This document shows positions 20,490 through 29,563 of a DNA stretch of 64,000 nucleotides, piece after piece. The notes beneath the pieces were generated by a model, which made no database searches, was not told the origin of the DNA, and saw only the letters and a list, made by a program, of their open reading frames with translations. The stretch comes from Metapseudomonas otitidis (GTDB taxonomy: Bacteria; Pseudomonadota; Gammaproteobacteria; Pseudomonadales; Pseudomonadaceae). The position numbers were made by a program, and so were the translations under genes. Location: NCBI RefSeq assembly GCF_900111835.1, contig NZ_FOJP01000010.1, positions 205,397-269,396 on the forward strand, in the 5' to 3' direction. Position 1 is the first letter of the stretch. Every line of letters begins with the position of its first letter.

Positions 20490-21221
20490 ATGCGCGTGAC
20501 CCGCCTTTTCGCGGCCATGGCCCTCGGCCTGGTCAGCTCCATCAGCCTTGCCGACGATCCGGACCAGGCCATCCGCAAGACCCTCGCCAGCCTTGACCTC
20601 GGCCTGCCCGTCGAATCCATCGGCGAAAGCCCGCTGGACGGCATCTACCAGGTCCAGCTCAAGGGCGGCCGCATGCTCTACACCAGCGCCGACGGCCAGT
20701 ACCTGATGCAGGGCTACCTGTACCACGTGCAGAACGGCAAGCCGGTGAACCTCACCGAGCAGTCCGAGAGCCGCTCCATCGCCAAGGAAATCAACGCGAT
20801 CCCCGCCGGTGAAATGGTGGTCTTCGCGCCCAAGGACCAGCCGGCCAAGGCCCACATCACCGTCTTCACCGACACCGATTGCGGCTACTGCCAGAAACTG
20901 CACAGCGAAGTGCCCGAGCTGAACCGTCGCGGCATCGAGGTGCGCTACGTCGCCTTCCCGCGCCAGGGCATCGGCAGCCACGGCTACAACACCCTGGTCA
21001 GCGTCTGGTGCAGCAAGGACCGGCAGGCCGCCATGAACCAGGCCAAGTCCCGCCTCGACGTGCCCGCCGCCAAGTGTGATAACCCGGTGGCCAAGCAGTT
21101 CGAACTGGGCCAGATGATCGGCGTGAATGGCACCCCTGCCATCGTTCTCGGCAACGGCCAACTGATTCCGGGCTACCAGCCCGCCCCGCAACTGGCCAAG
21201 CTCGCGCTCGACGCCAAGTGA
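20490..21221 (+). CDS. dsbC: thiol:disulfide interchange protein DsbC
   Basis: Signal peptide, dimerisation domain, CGYC thioredoxin motif; RBS ggagt upstream. Confidence 0.9.
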   Translation: MRVTRLFAAMALGLVSSISLADDPDQAIRKTLASLDLGLPVESIGESPLDGIYQVQLKGGRMLYTSADGQYLMQGYLYHVQNGKPVNLTEQSESRSIAKEINAIPAGEMVVFAPKDQPAKAHITVFTDTDCGYCQKLHSEVPELNRRGIEVRYVAFPRQGIGSHGYNTLVSVWCSKDRQAAMNQAKSRLDVPAAKCDNPVAKQFELGQMIGVNGTPAIVLGNGQLIPGYQPAPQLAKLALDAK

Positions 21222-21273
21222 GGCGAGGGCGCCAGCTCGATTGACCAACAATCGGGCGCTTCGTAAAGTGCGG

Positions 21274-21300
21274 TTCTTTTATACGGCCGGCGATTCGCCG
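21274..21300 (+). terminator. rho-independent terminator after dsbC
   Basis: cggccggcg-att-cgccggccg followed by ttttt. Confidence 0.6.
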
Positions 21301-21332
21301 GCCGTTTTTCGCAGTGAAATGGGGAGTTCAGC

Positions 21333-22637
21333 GTGAAGCCGGTAAAAGTAGGCATCTGTGGCCTGGGGACCGTCGGTGGCGGCACTTTCAACGTACTCAA
21401 ACGCAACGCCGAGGAGATTGCCCGCCGTGCCGGGCGTGGAATCGAGGTTGCCCAGATCGCTGCCCGTCGCCCCAACCCGAAGTGCGAAACCGGTGCTACC
21501 CCCATCACCGCCGACATCTTCGACGTGGCCAACAACCCTGAGATCGACATCGTCATCGAGCTGATCGGGGGCTACACCCTGGCCCGCGACCTGGTGCTCA
21601 AGGCCATCGAGAACGGCAAGCACGTGGTCACCGCCAACAAGGCGCTGATCGCCGTGCACGGCAACGAGATCTTCGCCAAGGCCCGCGAGAAGGGCGTCAT
21701 CGTCGCCTTCGAAGCCGCCGTCGCCGGTGGCATCCCGGTGATCAAGGCGATCCGCGAGGGCCTGGCCGCCAACCGCATCAACTGGCTGGCCGGCATCATC
21801 AACGGCACCGGCAACTTCATCCTCACCGAGATGCGCGAGAAGGGCCGTGCCTTCGAGGACGTCCTCAAGGAAGCCCAGGCCCTGGGTTATGCCGAAGCCG
21901 ACCCGACCTTCGACGTTGAAGGCATCGACGCTGCCCACAAGCTGACCATCCTCGCGTCCATCGCCTTCGGCATCCCGCTGCAGTTCGACAAGGCCTACAC
22001 CGAGGGCATCTCCAAGCTCACCAGCGCCGACGTCAACTACGCCGAAGCCCTGGGCTACCGCATCAAGCACCTGGGCGTGGCCCGCCGCACCAGCAGCGGC
22101 ATCGAGCTGCGCGTGCACCCGACCCTGATTCCGGCCGACCGCCTGATCGCCAACGTCAACGGCGTGATGAACGCCGTGATGGTCAACGGCGACGCTGCCG
22201 GCAGCACCCTCTACTACGGTGCCGGTGCCGGCATGGAGGCCACCGCCTCTGCCGTGGTCGCCGACGTGGTGGACGTGGTCCGCGCCCTGACCGCCGACCC
22301 GGAGAACCACGTACCGCACCTGGCCTTCCAGCCGGATGCGCTGTCCGATCACCCGATCCTGCCGATCGAAGCCTGCGAGAGCGCCTACTACCTGCGCATC
22401 CAGGCCAAGGACCACCCGGGCGTACTGGCCCAGGTGGCCACCATCCTGTCCGAACGTGGCATCAACATCGAATCCATCATGCAGAAGGAAGTCGAAGAGC
22501 AGGATGGCCTGGTGCCGATGATTCTGGTTACCCACCGGGTCGTCGAAGCGCGCGTTAACGACGCCATCGCCGCACTGGAAGCCCTCGACGACGTGGTGGG
22601 CAGCGTAGTCCGCATCCGCGTCGAACAGCTCAATTAA
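21333..22637 (+). CDS. hom: homoserine dehydrogenase
   Basis: GTG start; NAD-binding GICGLGTVGGG; C-terminal ACT domain. Confidence 0.95.
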   Translation: MKPVKVGICGLGTVGGGTFNVLKRNAEEIARRAGRGIEVAQIAARRPNPKCETGATPITADIFDVANNPEIDIVIELIGGYTLARDLVLKAIENGKHVVTANKALIAVHGNEIFAKAREKGVIVAFEAAVAGGIPVIKAIREGLAANRINWLAGIINGTGNFILTEMREKGRAFEDVLKEAQALGYAEADPTFDVEGIDAAHKLTILASIAFGIPLQFDKAYTEGISKLTSADVNYAEALGYRIKHLGVARRTSSGIELRVHPTLIPADRLIANVNGVMNAVMVNGDAAGSTLYYGAGAGMEATASAVVADVVDVVRALTADPENHVPHLAFQPDALSDHPILPIEACESAYYLRIQAKDHPGVLAQVATILSERGINIESIMQKEVEEQDGLVPMILVTHRVVEARVNDAIAALEALDDVVGSVVRIRVEQLN

Positions 22638-22725
22638 CTCGGAGCCGCCCGCGCGCAGGCCCGCCCGGTGCACAGACGCCGCCGGGCGCCGCGCTGCCGG
22701 CGGCTCGAACCGAAGGTTTGAAGAA

Positions 22726-24135
22726 ATGCGCTATATCAGCACCCGCGGCCAGGCCCCGGCCCTGAACTTCGAAGACGTCCTGCTGGCCGGCCTCGCCAGC
22801 GACGGCGGCCTCTACGTCCCGGAAAACCTGCCGCGCTTCACCCAGGAGGAAATCGCCTCCTGGGCCGGCCTGCCCTACCACGAACTGGCCTTCCAGGTGA
22901 TGCGCCCCTTCGTGACCGGCAGCATCCCGGACGCCGACTTCAAGAAGATCCTCGAGGAAACCTACGGCGTCTTCGCCCACAACGCCGTCGCGCCGCTGCG
23001 CCAGCTCAACGGCAACGAGTGGGTGCTGGAGCTGTTCCACGGCCCGACCCTGGCCTTCAAGGACTTCGCCCTGCAACTGCTCGGCCGCCTGCTGGACTAC
23101 GTCCTGGCCAAGCGCGGTGAGCGCGTGGTGATCATGGGCGCCACCTCCGGCGACACCGGCTCGGCTGCCATCGAAGGCTGCCGCCGCTGCGACAACGTCG
23201 ACATCTTCATCATGCACCCGCACAACCGCGTGTCCGAGGTGCAGCGCCGGCAGATGACCACCATCCTCGGCGAGAACATCCACAACATCGCCATCGAAGG
23301 CAACTTCGACGACTGCCAGGAAATGGTGAAGGCCAGCTTCGCCGACCAGGGCTTCCTCAAGGGCACCCGCCTGGTGGCCGTGAACTCGATCAACTGGGCG
23401 CGGATCATGGCCCAGATCGTCTACTACTTCCACGCCGCCCTGCAGTTGGGCGGCCCGGCGCGTTCCGTGGCCTTCTCGGTACCCACCGGCAACTTCGGCG
23501 ACATCTTCGCCGGTTACCTGGCGCGCAACATGGGCCTGCCGATCAGCCAGCTGATCGTCGCCACCAACCGCAACGACATCCTGCACCGCTTCATGAGCGG
23601 CAATCAGTACGTCAAGGAAACCCTGCACCCGACCCTGTCGCCGTCCATGGACATCATGGTCTCGTCCAACTTCGAGCGCCTGCTGTTCGACCTGCACGGC
23701 CGCAACGGCGCCGCCATCGCCCAGTTGATGGACACCTTCAAGCAGGGTGGCGGCTTCAGCGTCGAGCAGGACCGCTGGACCGAAGCCCGCAAGCTGTTCG
23801 ACTCCCTCGCCGTGACCGACGAGCAGACCTGCGAGACCATCGCCGAGGTCTACAAGGAGTGCGGCGAGCTGCTGGACCCGCACACCGCCATCGGCGTACG
23901 CGCCGCCCGCGAATGCCGCCGCAGCCTGTCCACCCCCATGGTCACCCTGGGCACCGCGCACCCGGTCAAGTTCCCCGAAGCGGTGGAGAAGGCCGGCGTT
24001 GGCCAGGCCCCGGCACTGCCGGCACACCTGTCCGACCTGTTCCAGCGCGAAGAGCGTTGCACCGTGCTGGCCAACGACCTCAAGCAGGTCCAGGCCTTCG
24101 TTGCGGCCCACGGCAACCGCGGCAAGCCGCTCTGA
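22726..24135 (+). CDS. thrC: threonine synthase
   Basis: 469-aa PLP enzyme; lysine motif FHGPTLAFKDFALQ. Confidence 0.95.
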   Translation: MRYISTRGQAPALNFEDVLLAGLASDGGLYVPENLPRFTQEEIASWAGLPYHELAFQVMRPFVTGSIPDADFKKILEETYGVFAHNAVAPLRQLNGNEWVLELFHGPTLAFKDFALQLLGRLLDYVLAKRGERVVIMGATSGDTGSAAIEGCRRCDNVDIFIMHPHNRVSEVQRRQMTTILGENIHNIAIEGNFDDCQEMVKASFADQGFLKGTRLVAVNSINWARIMAQIVYYFHAALQLGGPARSVAFSVPTGNFGDIFAGYLARNMGLPISQLIVATNRNDILHRFMSGNQYVKETLHPTLSPSMDIMVSSNFERLLFDLHGRNGAAIAQLMDTFKQGGGFSVEQDRWTEARKLFDSLAVTDEQTCETIAEVYKECGELLDPHTAIGVRAARECRRSLSTPMVTLGTAHPVKFPEAVEKAGVGQAPALPAHLSDLFQREERCTVLANDLKQVQAFVAAHGNRGKPL

Positions 24136-24149
24136 GCTGAACGGCCATG

Positions 24150-24184
24150 AAAAAGCCCCTGGCGAGCGATCGCCAGGGGCTTTT
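24150..24184. terminator. Bidirectional terminator between thrC and the convergent small gene
   Basis: aaaaagcccctggcg-agcgat-cgccaggggctttt. Confidence 0.7.
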
Positions 24185-24202
24185 CAGTTTCTGGTGCCGG
24201 GA

Positions 24203-24496
24203 TCAGTCCGTGCTCTCTTTCCCCTGCGCGTCCTGTTCCGTCACTGCAGGTGCGCTGCTTTCCAGCTCCAGCGCTCCCCAGTTCGTCATGTCCACCGGCG
24301 TGGAGACGGCGCGCTGTCCGGGCACATAGACGCCATAGTCGAGCTTGAAGTCGATCTTCATGTCCGGCGCCTTGATGTCGCGTATCACCTGCCAGGTTAT
24401 GGGCCGAGGGGTGTTCGGCAGCTGGGGCGGTTTCTGGAAAATCACACGGTCGCTGCCCTGCTGGCTCTGATTGATGACCTTGATTTCATATTTCAT
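24203..24496 (-). CDS. hypothetical 97-aa protein (paralog of the N-terminal region of 25208..25831)
   Basis: Start at MKYEIKVINQS; shares the V-x-KP-x-x-P ... (I/H)(T/A)WQV(I/L) N-terminal motif with 25208..25831; lower GC than the flanks. Confidence 0.5.
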   Translation of the reverse strand: MKYEIKVINQSQQGSDRVIFQKPPQLPNTPRPITWQVIRDIKAPDMKIDFKLDYGVYVPGQRAVSTPVDMTNWGALELESSAPAVTEQDAQGKESTD

Positions 24497-24668
24497 GTCC
24501 TTTCTCCCTGTCTCCGTCAGGCCCCGGACGCAATGGGGCAGACACCGATCATGGGCCAGTCCCCACCCCTTTGCCGGTTGATGGCTGTTCACAGATGCAA
24601 CCTGGACAAAGCCGGCTCCCCTCAGGGGGCCGGCCTTGTCCAGGTACGGGAAACGGTTGATGGCAGGC

Positions 24669-25007
24669 TCAGTCGTTGGCCAGGTTCCAGCGGTGCAGCA
24701 GGCGGTGGGCGAACGGGGTGACCACTACACCGAGCGCCACCAGGAAGACGCTGTCCAGGAACAACCCATACAGCGCGGCGAAGTATTTGCCAGCCAGGCT
24801 GCTCGGCGGGTGTGCAAGGCCCACCGAGCCCAGCATGGACAGTGCGTTCAGCGTGGCCTCGTGCCAGCCAAGGCCATCCAGCAGGTAGAAGCCAGCGATC
24901 CCCGGCAGCAGGCCCAGCATCAGAAAGACCAGGGCCATGGCCTGGAAGCGCAGTGCGCGCAGTACGAAGTGATCCAGTCGGGCCAGATCCTCGGTAAAAC
25001 GTTCCAT
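24669..25007 (-). CDS. hypothetical small inner-membrane protein (3 predicted TM)
   Basis: 112 aa, hydrophobic segments; no recognisable family. Confidence 0.45.
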   Translation of the reverse strand: MERFTEDLARLDHFVLRALRFQAMALVFLMLGLLPGIAGFYLLDGLGWHEATLNALSMLGSVGLAHPPSSLAGKYFAALYGLFLDSVFLVALGVVVTPFAHRLLHRWNLAND

Positions 25008-25145
25008 TTTTCACCTCTCCTGGCGCCTGGTGGCGCAGTGCTGACGTCGGGCCCCGATCCTACCCCAGGTGCTGCGGGCTCCGGCGCCACGCCCCTGCTG
25101 TTCCGAGCCATCCCACGGCATGCCGGGTGAATGCCGCAGGATGCC

Positions 25146-25182
25146 AGATGCCAAGAAGCCCCCGGCGATCACTCGCCGGGGG
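25146..25182 (-). terminator. terminator hairpin downstream of 25208..25831 (gaagcccccggcg-atcact-cgccgggggcttc)
   Basis: Perfect 13-bp stem flanked by A/T runs. Confidence 0.6.
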
Positions 25183-25207
25183 CTTCTTCATGGGGTGCGC
25201 CAGGGCT

Positions 25208-25831
25208 TCAGCGGGCGATGAAGTCGAAGGTCCACAGGCCACTCGGGCGGGTCAGGGTCACGTCCACTTCGGTGGCGGTGATGGGCGCCACGTAGCGGGT
25301 CATGTCCGAGAAGTTCTGCACGATGTAGGTCTGCCCGATCATGGGCGGGGTGGCGACCATGAAGTAGAAGTTGGGCTCGTACTCGAAGCTCACGGTCATG
25401 CGCGAGTCCACCTTGGGCATGGTCACCACCGGGCGGCCGTTGACGTACCAGTTGCTGTCGAACTGGGTGTAGGGGTTGGTCTTGTTGATCACCCCGCACT
25501 GCTGGGGCGTCAGTTTCTCCAGCGCCAGCGACGTGGAGGCCGGCTCCAGTTGCGGCGACAGGCCGCTCGGGCTGACCGCCTGCAGCAGCTGGCCGGGCAG
25601 GATGGGGCGGCGCCCGGAGATGATCTGGTTGCCGGCCTTCTCGCCGAGGCTGCTCACGTCGGTCTCGATCACCGCCTCGTAGTCGAAGGACTCCGTGGCA
25701 CCGGCCGAGCCGGTCAGCACCTGCCAGGCGTGGACGCGGTAGTCGCGCTGCGGGTTCTGCGGCTTGAGGAAGACCAGCACGGTCTTGCCTTCCATGTCGT
25801 CCACATTGAAGTTCACGTTGAAAGTCGTCAT
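25208..25831 (-). CDS. hypothetical 207-aa protein, N-terminal domain paralogous to 24203..24496
   Basis: MTTFNVNFNVDD...TVLVFLKPQNPQ...HAWQVL; no known family recognised. Confidence 0.5.
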   Translation of the reverse strand: MTTFNVNFNVDDMEGKTVLVFLKPQNPQRDYRVHAWQVLTGSAGATESFDYEAVIETDVSSLGEKAGNQIISGRRPILPGQLLQAVSPSGLSPQLEPASTSLALEKLTPQQCGVINKTNPYTQFDSNWYVNGRPVVTMPKVDSRMTVSFEYEPNFYFMVATPPMIGQTYIVQNFSDMTRYVAPITATEVDVTLTRPSGLWTFDFIAR

Positions 25832-26019
25832 GTCCTTTTCTCCTTGGTTCCGTTGTGACCCCAGCGAATGCCCGGGTCTGTCTCCCTGACGGCCGGCAGG
25901 GGCGGCTGTGAAGTGCCGTGCCGTCGCGTGCTGGGTGTCGGTGCGGCCTTCACGGATGCAGCCGCGTTGCGTCTTGCCTGCTGGGCACCTTCCGCCCAGT
26001 CCAGTAAAGGAGAAATGCC

Positions 26020-26715
26020 ATGGATCGCTTCGTTAACGCATTGCCGCTCGGCCTCCTGGCTGCCTGCTGCAGCCTCCCGGCCCTCGCCCAGATCGATTGC
26101 TCGGCCGGTGCCGCCGGGGTCAACCCGGTGCCGGTGCAGGTCGGTGCCGGTCTGGCCAACAGCCGCGTGAACCCCCAGATCAGCCAGCGCCATATCTTCT
26201 GTGGCGAGGTCAATGCCGGGGGCGCGGCGACGGGCTTCCACTCTCGGCCCAACAGCCATGACCCACGGTTGGGTGTGGGGCCGATGGCACCTTTCGCCGC
26301 CCAGATCACGGCGGGCGTGCAGTACATCGTCCAGCCTGGCATCAACCACCCCGGCGCCTATCGCTACCTGGGCAGAGGGATTCAGGTGGCCAATGCCGCT
26401 GGTGTGATGGTGCCCAAGGCTGCTCCGTCCACCTTCTTTCCGGACAGCTGCAGCCAGGTACAGGTGATCGCCTCGATCCGCTACGCCTATACCCATCCCT
26501 TCAAGGATGTCGGCCCATTCGTTCCTCCGCCGCCGCCTGGTGGCCCTGCACGTCCCCCGTATGCCAACTTCTTTGCCGGCCCGTCGGCTCCCTCGATCGG
26601 CGCCGTGGGCTACTGCACCGGTGAAGGGGGCAATCCCTTTACTGTCGGGGGCTACATCAAGCAGGTCGCGGGGCTCTGGACGCTGAGCACGGTCTACCCC
26701 ATCGCCAGCTTCTGA
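26020..26715 (+). CDS. hypothetical secreted protein (signal peptide; Gly/Pro-rich)
   Basis: MDRFVNALPLGLLAACCSLPALA signal; conserved Cys pairs; converges on the ECF sigma gene. Confidence 0.5.
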   Translation: MDRFVNALPLGLLAACCSLPALAQIDCSAGAAGVNPVPVQVGAGLANSRVNPQISQRHIFCGEVNAGGAATGFHSRPNSHDPRLGVGPMAPFAAQITAGVQYIVQPGINHPGAYRYLGRGIQVANAAGVMVPKAAPSTFFPDSCSQVQVIASIRYAYTHPFKDVGPFVPPPPPGGPARPPYANFFAGPSAPSIGAVGYCTGEGGNPFTVGGYIKQVAGLWTLSTVYPIASF

Positions 26716-26758
26716 ACCTGGGCCCACCTCGCATGCGAGGTGGGCTCTCCGGTGCCCC

Positions 26759-27319
26759 TCAGGGCTGCAACCCCTGGCACAACCCGCCGACCTGTTGCCT
26801 CAGCTGATCGCGGGCCAGTTGCACCCGCTTGCGCAGGTTGGGCTCCTTGATCTGCAGGTGGCGCGCCAGCTCGCCGTAGGCCATGCCGTCCACGCAGTGC
26901 TGCCAGAGTGCATCGCCGAGGTTGGGCGGCAGTTGGTGGAGCGCCTTGCCGAGGGTCTCCATCGCCTCCCGCAGGCAGGCCTGGCGTTCGGGTTCGTTGC
27001 CGGCGCTGTCGGCCGGGTGCAGGTCCAGCCAGTCGAGGCTGCAGGTGCTCGGGGTGCTGCGCAGCCGGTCGATGCAGTGGTTGCTGGCCACCCGTCGCAA
27101 CCACGCCGGCAGATTCTCGATGCGCTCCAGGCGCTGGGGCTCGCGCAGCAGCAGGGTGAAGAGCCGCAGGCGCAGTTCGCTGAGGGCGTCCTCGGCATCC
27201 TGGCGGTTGGCGGTGAGTTGCTGGCAGCGTCTGCGCAGCACGGGTTCATGATCGATCAGCAGTTTCCACACATGATGCGGCGTGCCTGTCTCGAGGCTCG
27301 CGTCCGGGTTGCTCGCCAT
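26759..27319 (-). CDS. RNA polymerase ECF-type sigma-70 factor
   Basis: Region 2 (ALSELRLRLFTLL, NLPAWLRRVASNHCIDRLR) and region 4 (MAYGELARHLQIKEPNLRKRVQLARDQLR). Confidence 0.85.
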   Translation of the reverse strand: MASNPDASLETGTPHHVWKLLIDHEPVLRRRCQQLTANRQDAEDALSELRLRLFTLLLREPQRLERIENLPAWLRRVASNHCIDRLRSTPSTCSLDWLDLHPADSAGNEPERQACLREAMETLGKALHQLPPNLGDALWQHCVDGMAYGELARHLQIKEPNLRKRVQLARDQLRQQVGGLCQGLQP

Positions 27320-27505
27320 GCTCGTACCTTTCCTTGTTGGTGCCGGTGGCGGTGCTGCAGGGGCAGCCCTTGCCAGGCCGGCTGGAGCAAGCAGGACGAA
27401 AGGTTTCCCGGGTTTGTGAAGGGGACGAAGGGGGCGTACGAGGGGGCGGATGGCGCCCCGATGGGCAGGGCGCGCGGAGAGAACGCTAAGGGAGGGGTAG
27501 GGGCG

Positions 27506-28705
27506 TCAGATCGCCCCGGCGGCGCGCAGGGCGTCGATGCGGGCCGCGTCGTAGCCCAGCTCGCCGAGCACCTCGGCGTTGTGCTGGCCTAGCTCCGGGC
27601 CGATCCAGTCCGCCGAGCCGGGGGTGTCCGAGAGCTTGGGCACGATGCCCGGCATGCGGAACGGCTGGCCGTCCGGGAGGCGGGCCTGCAGCAGCATCTC
27701 CCGCGCGAGGAACTGCGGGTCGCTGAACATGTCCTCGGCGGAGTAGATGCGACTGGCCGGCACCTCGGCGCGGTTCAGCGTCTCCAGCACCTGCTCCAGC
27801 GGCAGCGCCGCCACCCAGCGGTCGATTACCCCGTAGAGCTCGTCGCGGCGCGCATCGCGGCCATCATTGCTGGCCAGCTGCGGGTCGTTGGCCAGATCCT
27901 CGCGGCCGATGGCGAGCATGAAGCGCTTGAAGATGGCATCGCCGTTGGCGCCGATCTGCACGTGCCGGCCGTCCGCGCTGGTGTGGATGGAGGAGGGGGT
28001 GATGCCGGGCATGATGTTGCCGGTGCGTTCGCGGATGAAGCCGAACACGTCGAACTCCGGGACCATCGACTCCATCATCGCGAACACCGCCTCGTAGAGC
28101 GCCACGTCCACCACCTGGCCGAGCCCGCCGTTCACCTCCCGGTGCCGCAGGGCCATCAGCGCGCCGATCACCGCCCACAGCGCGGCGATGGAGTCGCCGA
28201 TGGAGATGCCGGTGCGCACTGGCGGGCGGTCCTCGAAGCCGGTGATGTAGCGCAGCCCTCCCATGGACTCGCCCACCGCGCCGAAGCCCGGCTGGTCCTT
28301 CATCGGCCCGGTCTGGCCGAAGCCGGACAGGCGCACCATCACCAGCTTCGGATTCAGTGCGTGGATCACCTCCCAGCTCAGCCCCAGCTTCTCCAGCACG
28401 CCGGGGCGGAAGTTCTCGATGAGGATGTCCGCCTCCGCCAGCAGGCGCTTGAGCACCTCCAGGCCCTCGGCGTGCTTGAGGTTGAGGGTGATGGACTTCT
28501 TGTTGCGCGCCTGCACGAACCACCACAGCGAAGTGCCTTCGTAGAGCTTGCGCCACTTGCGCAGCGGGTCGCCGCCGTCGGGCGACTCCACCTTGATCAC
28601 CTCGGCACCGAACTCGGCGCACAGGCGGGAGGCGAAGGGGCCGGCGATCAGCGTGCCGAGTTCGATCACTTTCAGGCCGGCGAGGGGCTTGTGGGAGGTG
28701 TCCAT
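27506..28705 (-). CDS. CoA-transferase family III (CaiB/BaiF) protein
   Basis: LAGLKVIELGTLIAGPFASRLCAEFGAEVIKVE N-terminus and conserved Asp region; start at the internal Met MDTSHKPL. Confidence 0.85.
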   Translation of the reverse strand: MDTSHKPLAGLKVIELGTLIAGPFASRLCAEFGAEVIKVESPDGGDPLRKWRKLYEGTSLWWFVQARNKKSITLNLKHAEGLEVLKRLLAEADILIENFRPGVLEKLGLSWEVIHALNPKLVMVRLSGFGQTGPMKDQPGFGAVGESMGGLRYITGFEDRPPVRTGISIGDSIAALWAVIGALMALRHREVNGGLGQVVDVALYEAVFAMMESMVPEFDVFGFIRERTGNIMPGITPSSIHTSADGRHVQIGANGDAIFKRFMLAIGREDLANDPQLASNDGRDARRDELYGVIDRWVAALPLEQVLETLNRAEVPASRIYSAEDMFSDPQFLAREMLLQARLPDGQPFRMPGIVPKLSDTPGSADWIGPELGQHNAEVLGELGYDAARIDALRAAGAI

Positions 28706-28882
28706 GGTCGTCCGGGAGGGCAGTGGAAAAGGTCGCGCTAGCCTAGACGATCCCTTCGCCCCTGGCAGCCACCGGCGTAACGCGAACCCCGTCGCGCCCC
28801 GGGACATCCGTGCTGTCCCTGGCTGGCATCGGCAGGTCTAATCGGCTCGGGAATCGGTGGTGTGAATCGGTGCGCGACTATT

Positions 28883-28910
28883 ACATGTGAGCTATTGCGG
28901 GCTCACATGT
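28883..28910. promoter_or_regulatory. Perfect 10-N8-10 palindrome ACATGTGAGC-tattgcgg-GCTCACATGT in the divergent intergenic region upstream of the PspA/flotillin/ATPase cluster
   Basis: Exact inverted repeat; it sits in the 226-bp divergent region between the CoA-transferase (start 28705) and the first cluster gene (28932). Confidence 0.4.
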
Positions 28911-28931
28911 GATGGTCTAGGCTCCGACCCC

Positions 28932-29549
28932 ATGCAGAAATCATCCGCCCACTACCAGCGACTCTTCCGCCAGCGCCTGCGTGACCAGGGGCTGGTCAAG
29001 AAAGAGGTCTGGATCCTCCCCGAGAACGCCCGCGCGCTGCTCGCGGTGGAGCGGACGCTGCGCCAGCCCCAGCCGGGGCCGGTTCACCTGGAACAGGAGA
29101 ATGCGATGGAGATGCCGCAGATCTGGAACGCCCGCGCGCTGTGCGACGCCCTGGCCGCCACCGAGCTGTTCCGCCAGGGCGAGGCCCAGGTGGAGCTGAT
29201 CGAAGGCGCCGAGCCGAGCCTGCTGGTGACCATGCGCGAGTTCGGCGACCTGCCCCTGTTCCTCGCCGTGCACGGCGAGCAGATCCTCGTCGAGGCACTG
29301 CTCTGGCCCCAGTCCGAAGTCCGCGACGTGGCGCGCTTCAACGAAGAAATCCTGCTCAGCCGCCAGCTCTTTCCGCTCTCCAGCATCGGCCTGGAGACGC
29401 GTCCCGGCGGCGAGCGTTGCTACATCATGTTCGGCGCCTTGAGCGCCCGTTCGATCCTGTCCAACGTGGTGTTCGAGATCGAGACCCTGGCCAGCAACGT
29501 CATCCGCGCCACGGAAGCCTACGAAGGCTACCTGGCGCCCCAGGCCTGA
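28932..29549 (+). CDS. DUF2170 (YjfI-like) family protein
   Basis: Immediately precedes a PspA/IM30 homolog, as in the E. coli yjfI-yjfJ pair; start chosen at MQKSSAHYQ to avoid the palindrome. Confidence 0.55.
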   Translation: MQKSSAHYQRLFRQRLRDQGLVKKEVWILPENARALLAVERTLRQPQPGPVHLEQENAMEMPQIWNARALCDALAATELFRQGEAQVELIEGAEPSLLVTMREFGDLPLFLAVHGEQILVEALLWPQSEVRDVARFNEEILLSRQLFPLSSIGLETRPGGERCYIMFGALSARSILSNVVFEIETLASNVIRATEAYEGYLAPQA

Positions 29550-29563
29550 CCCCGGAGAAACCC

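Noticed and set aside
26020-26715. Calling the secreted protein an EndoU-type RNase toxin
   Set aside because: Only a short GFHSRP stretch resembles the EndoU catalytic block. There is no confident domain match from sequence alone, so it is left as hypothetical.
26715-26759. Anti-sigma factor gene downstream of the ECF sigma
   Set aside because: The gap is 43 bp and the next gene is convergent (plus strand). No anti-sigma candidate (zinc-finger/TM protein) is encoded adjacent on the minus strand.
28887-28931. Longer N-terminus (MSYCGLTCDGLGSDP...) for the DUF2170 gene
   Set aside because: It would start inside the perfect palindrome and has no RBS. The downstream Met at 28932 gives a typical N-terminus.
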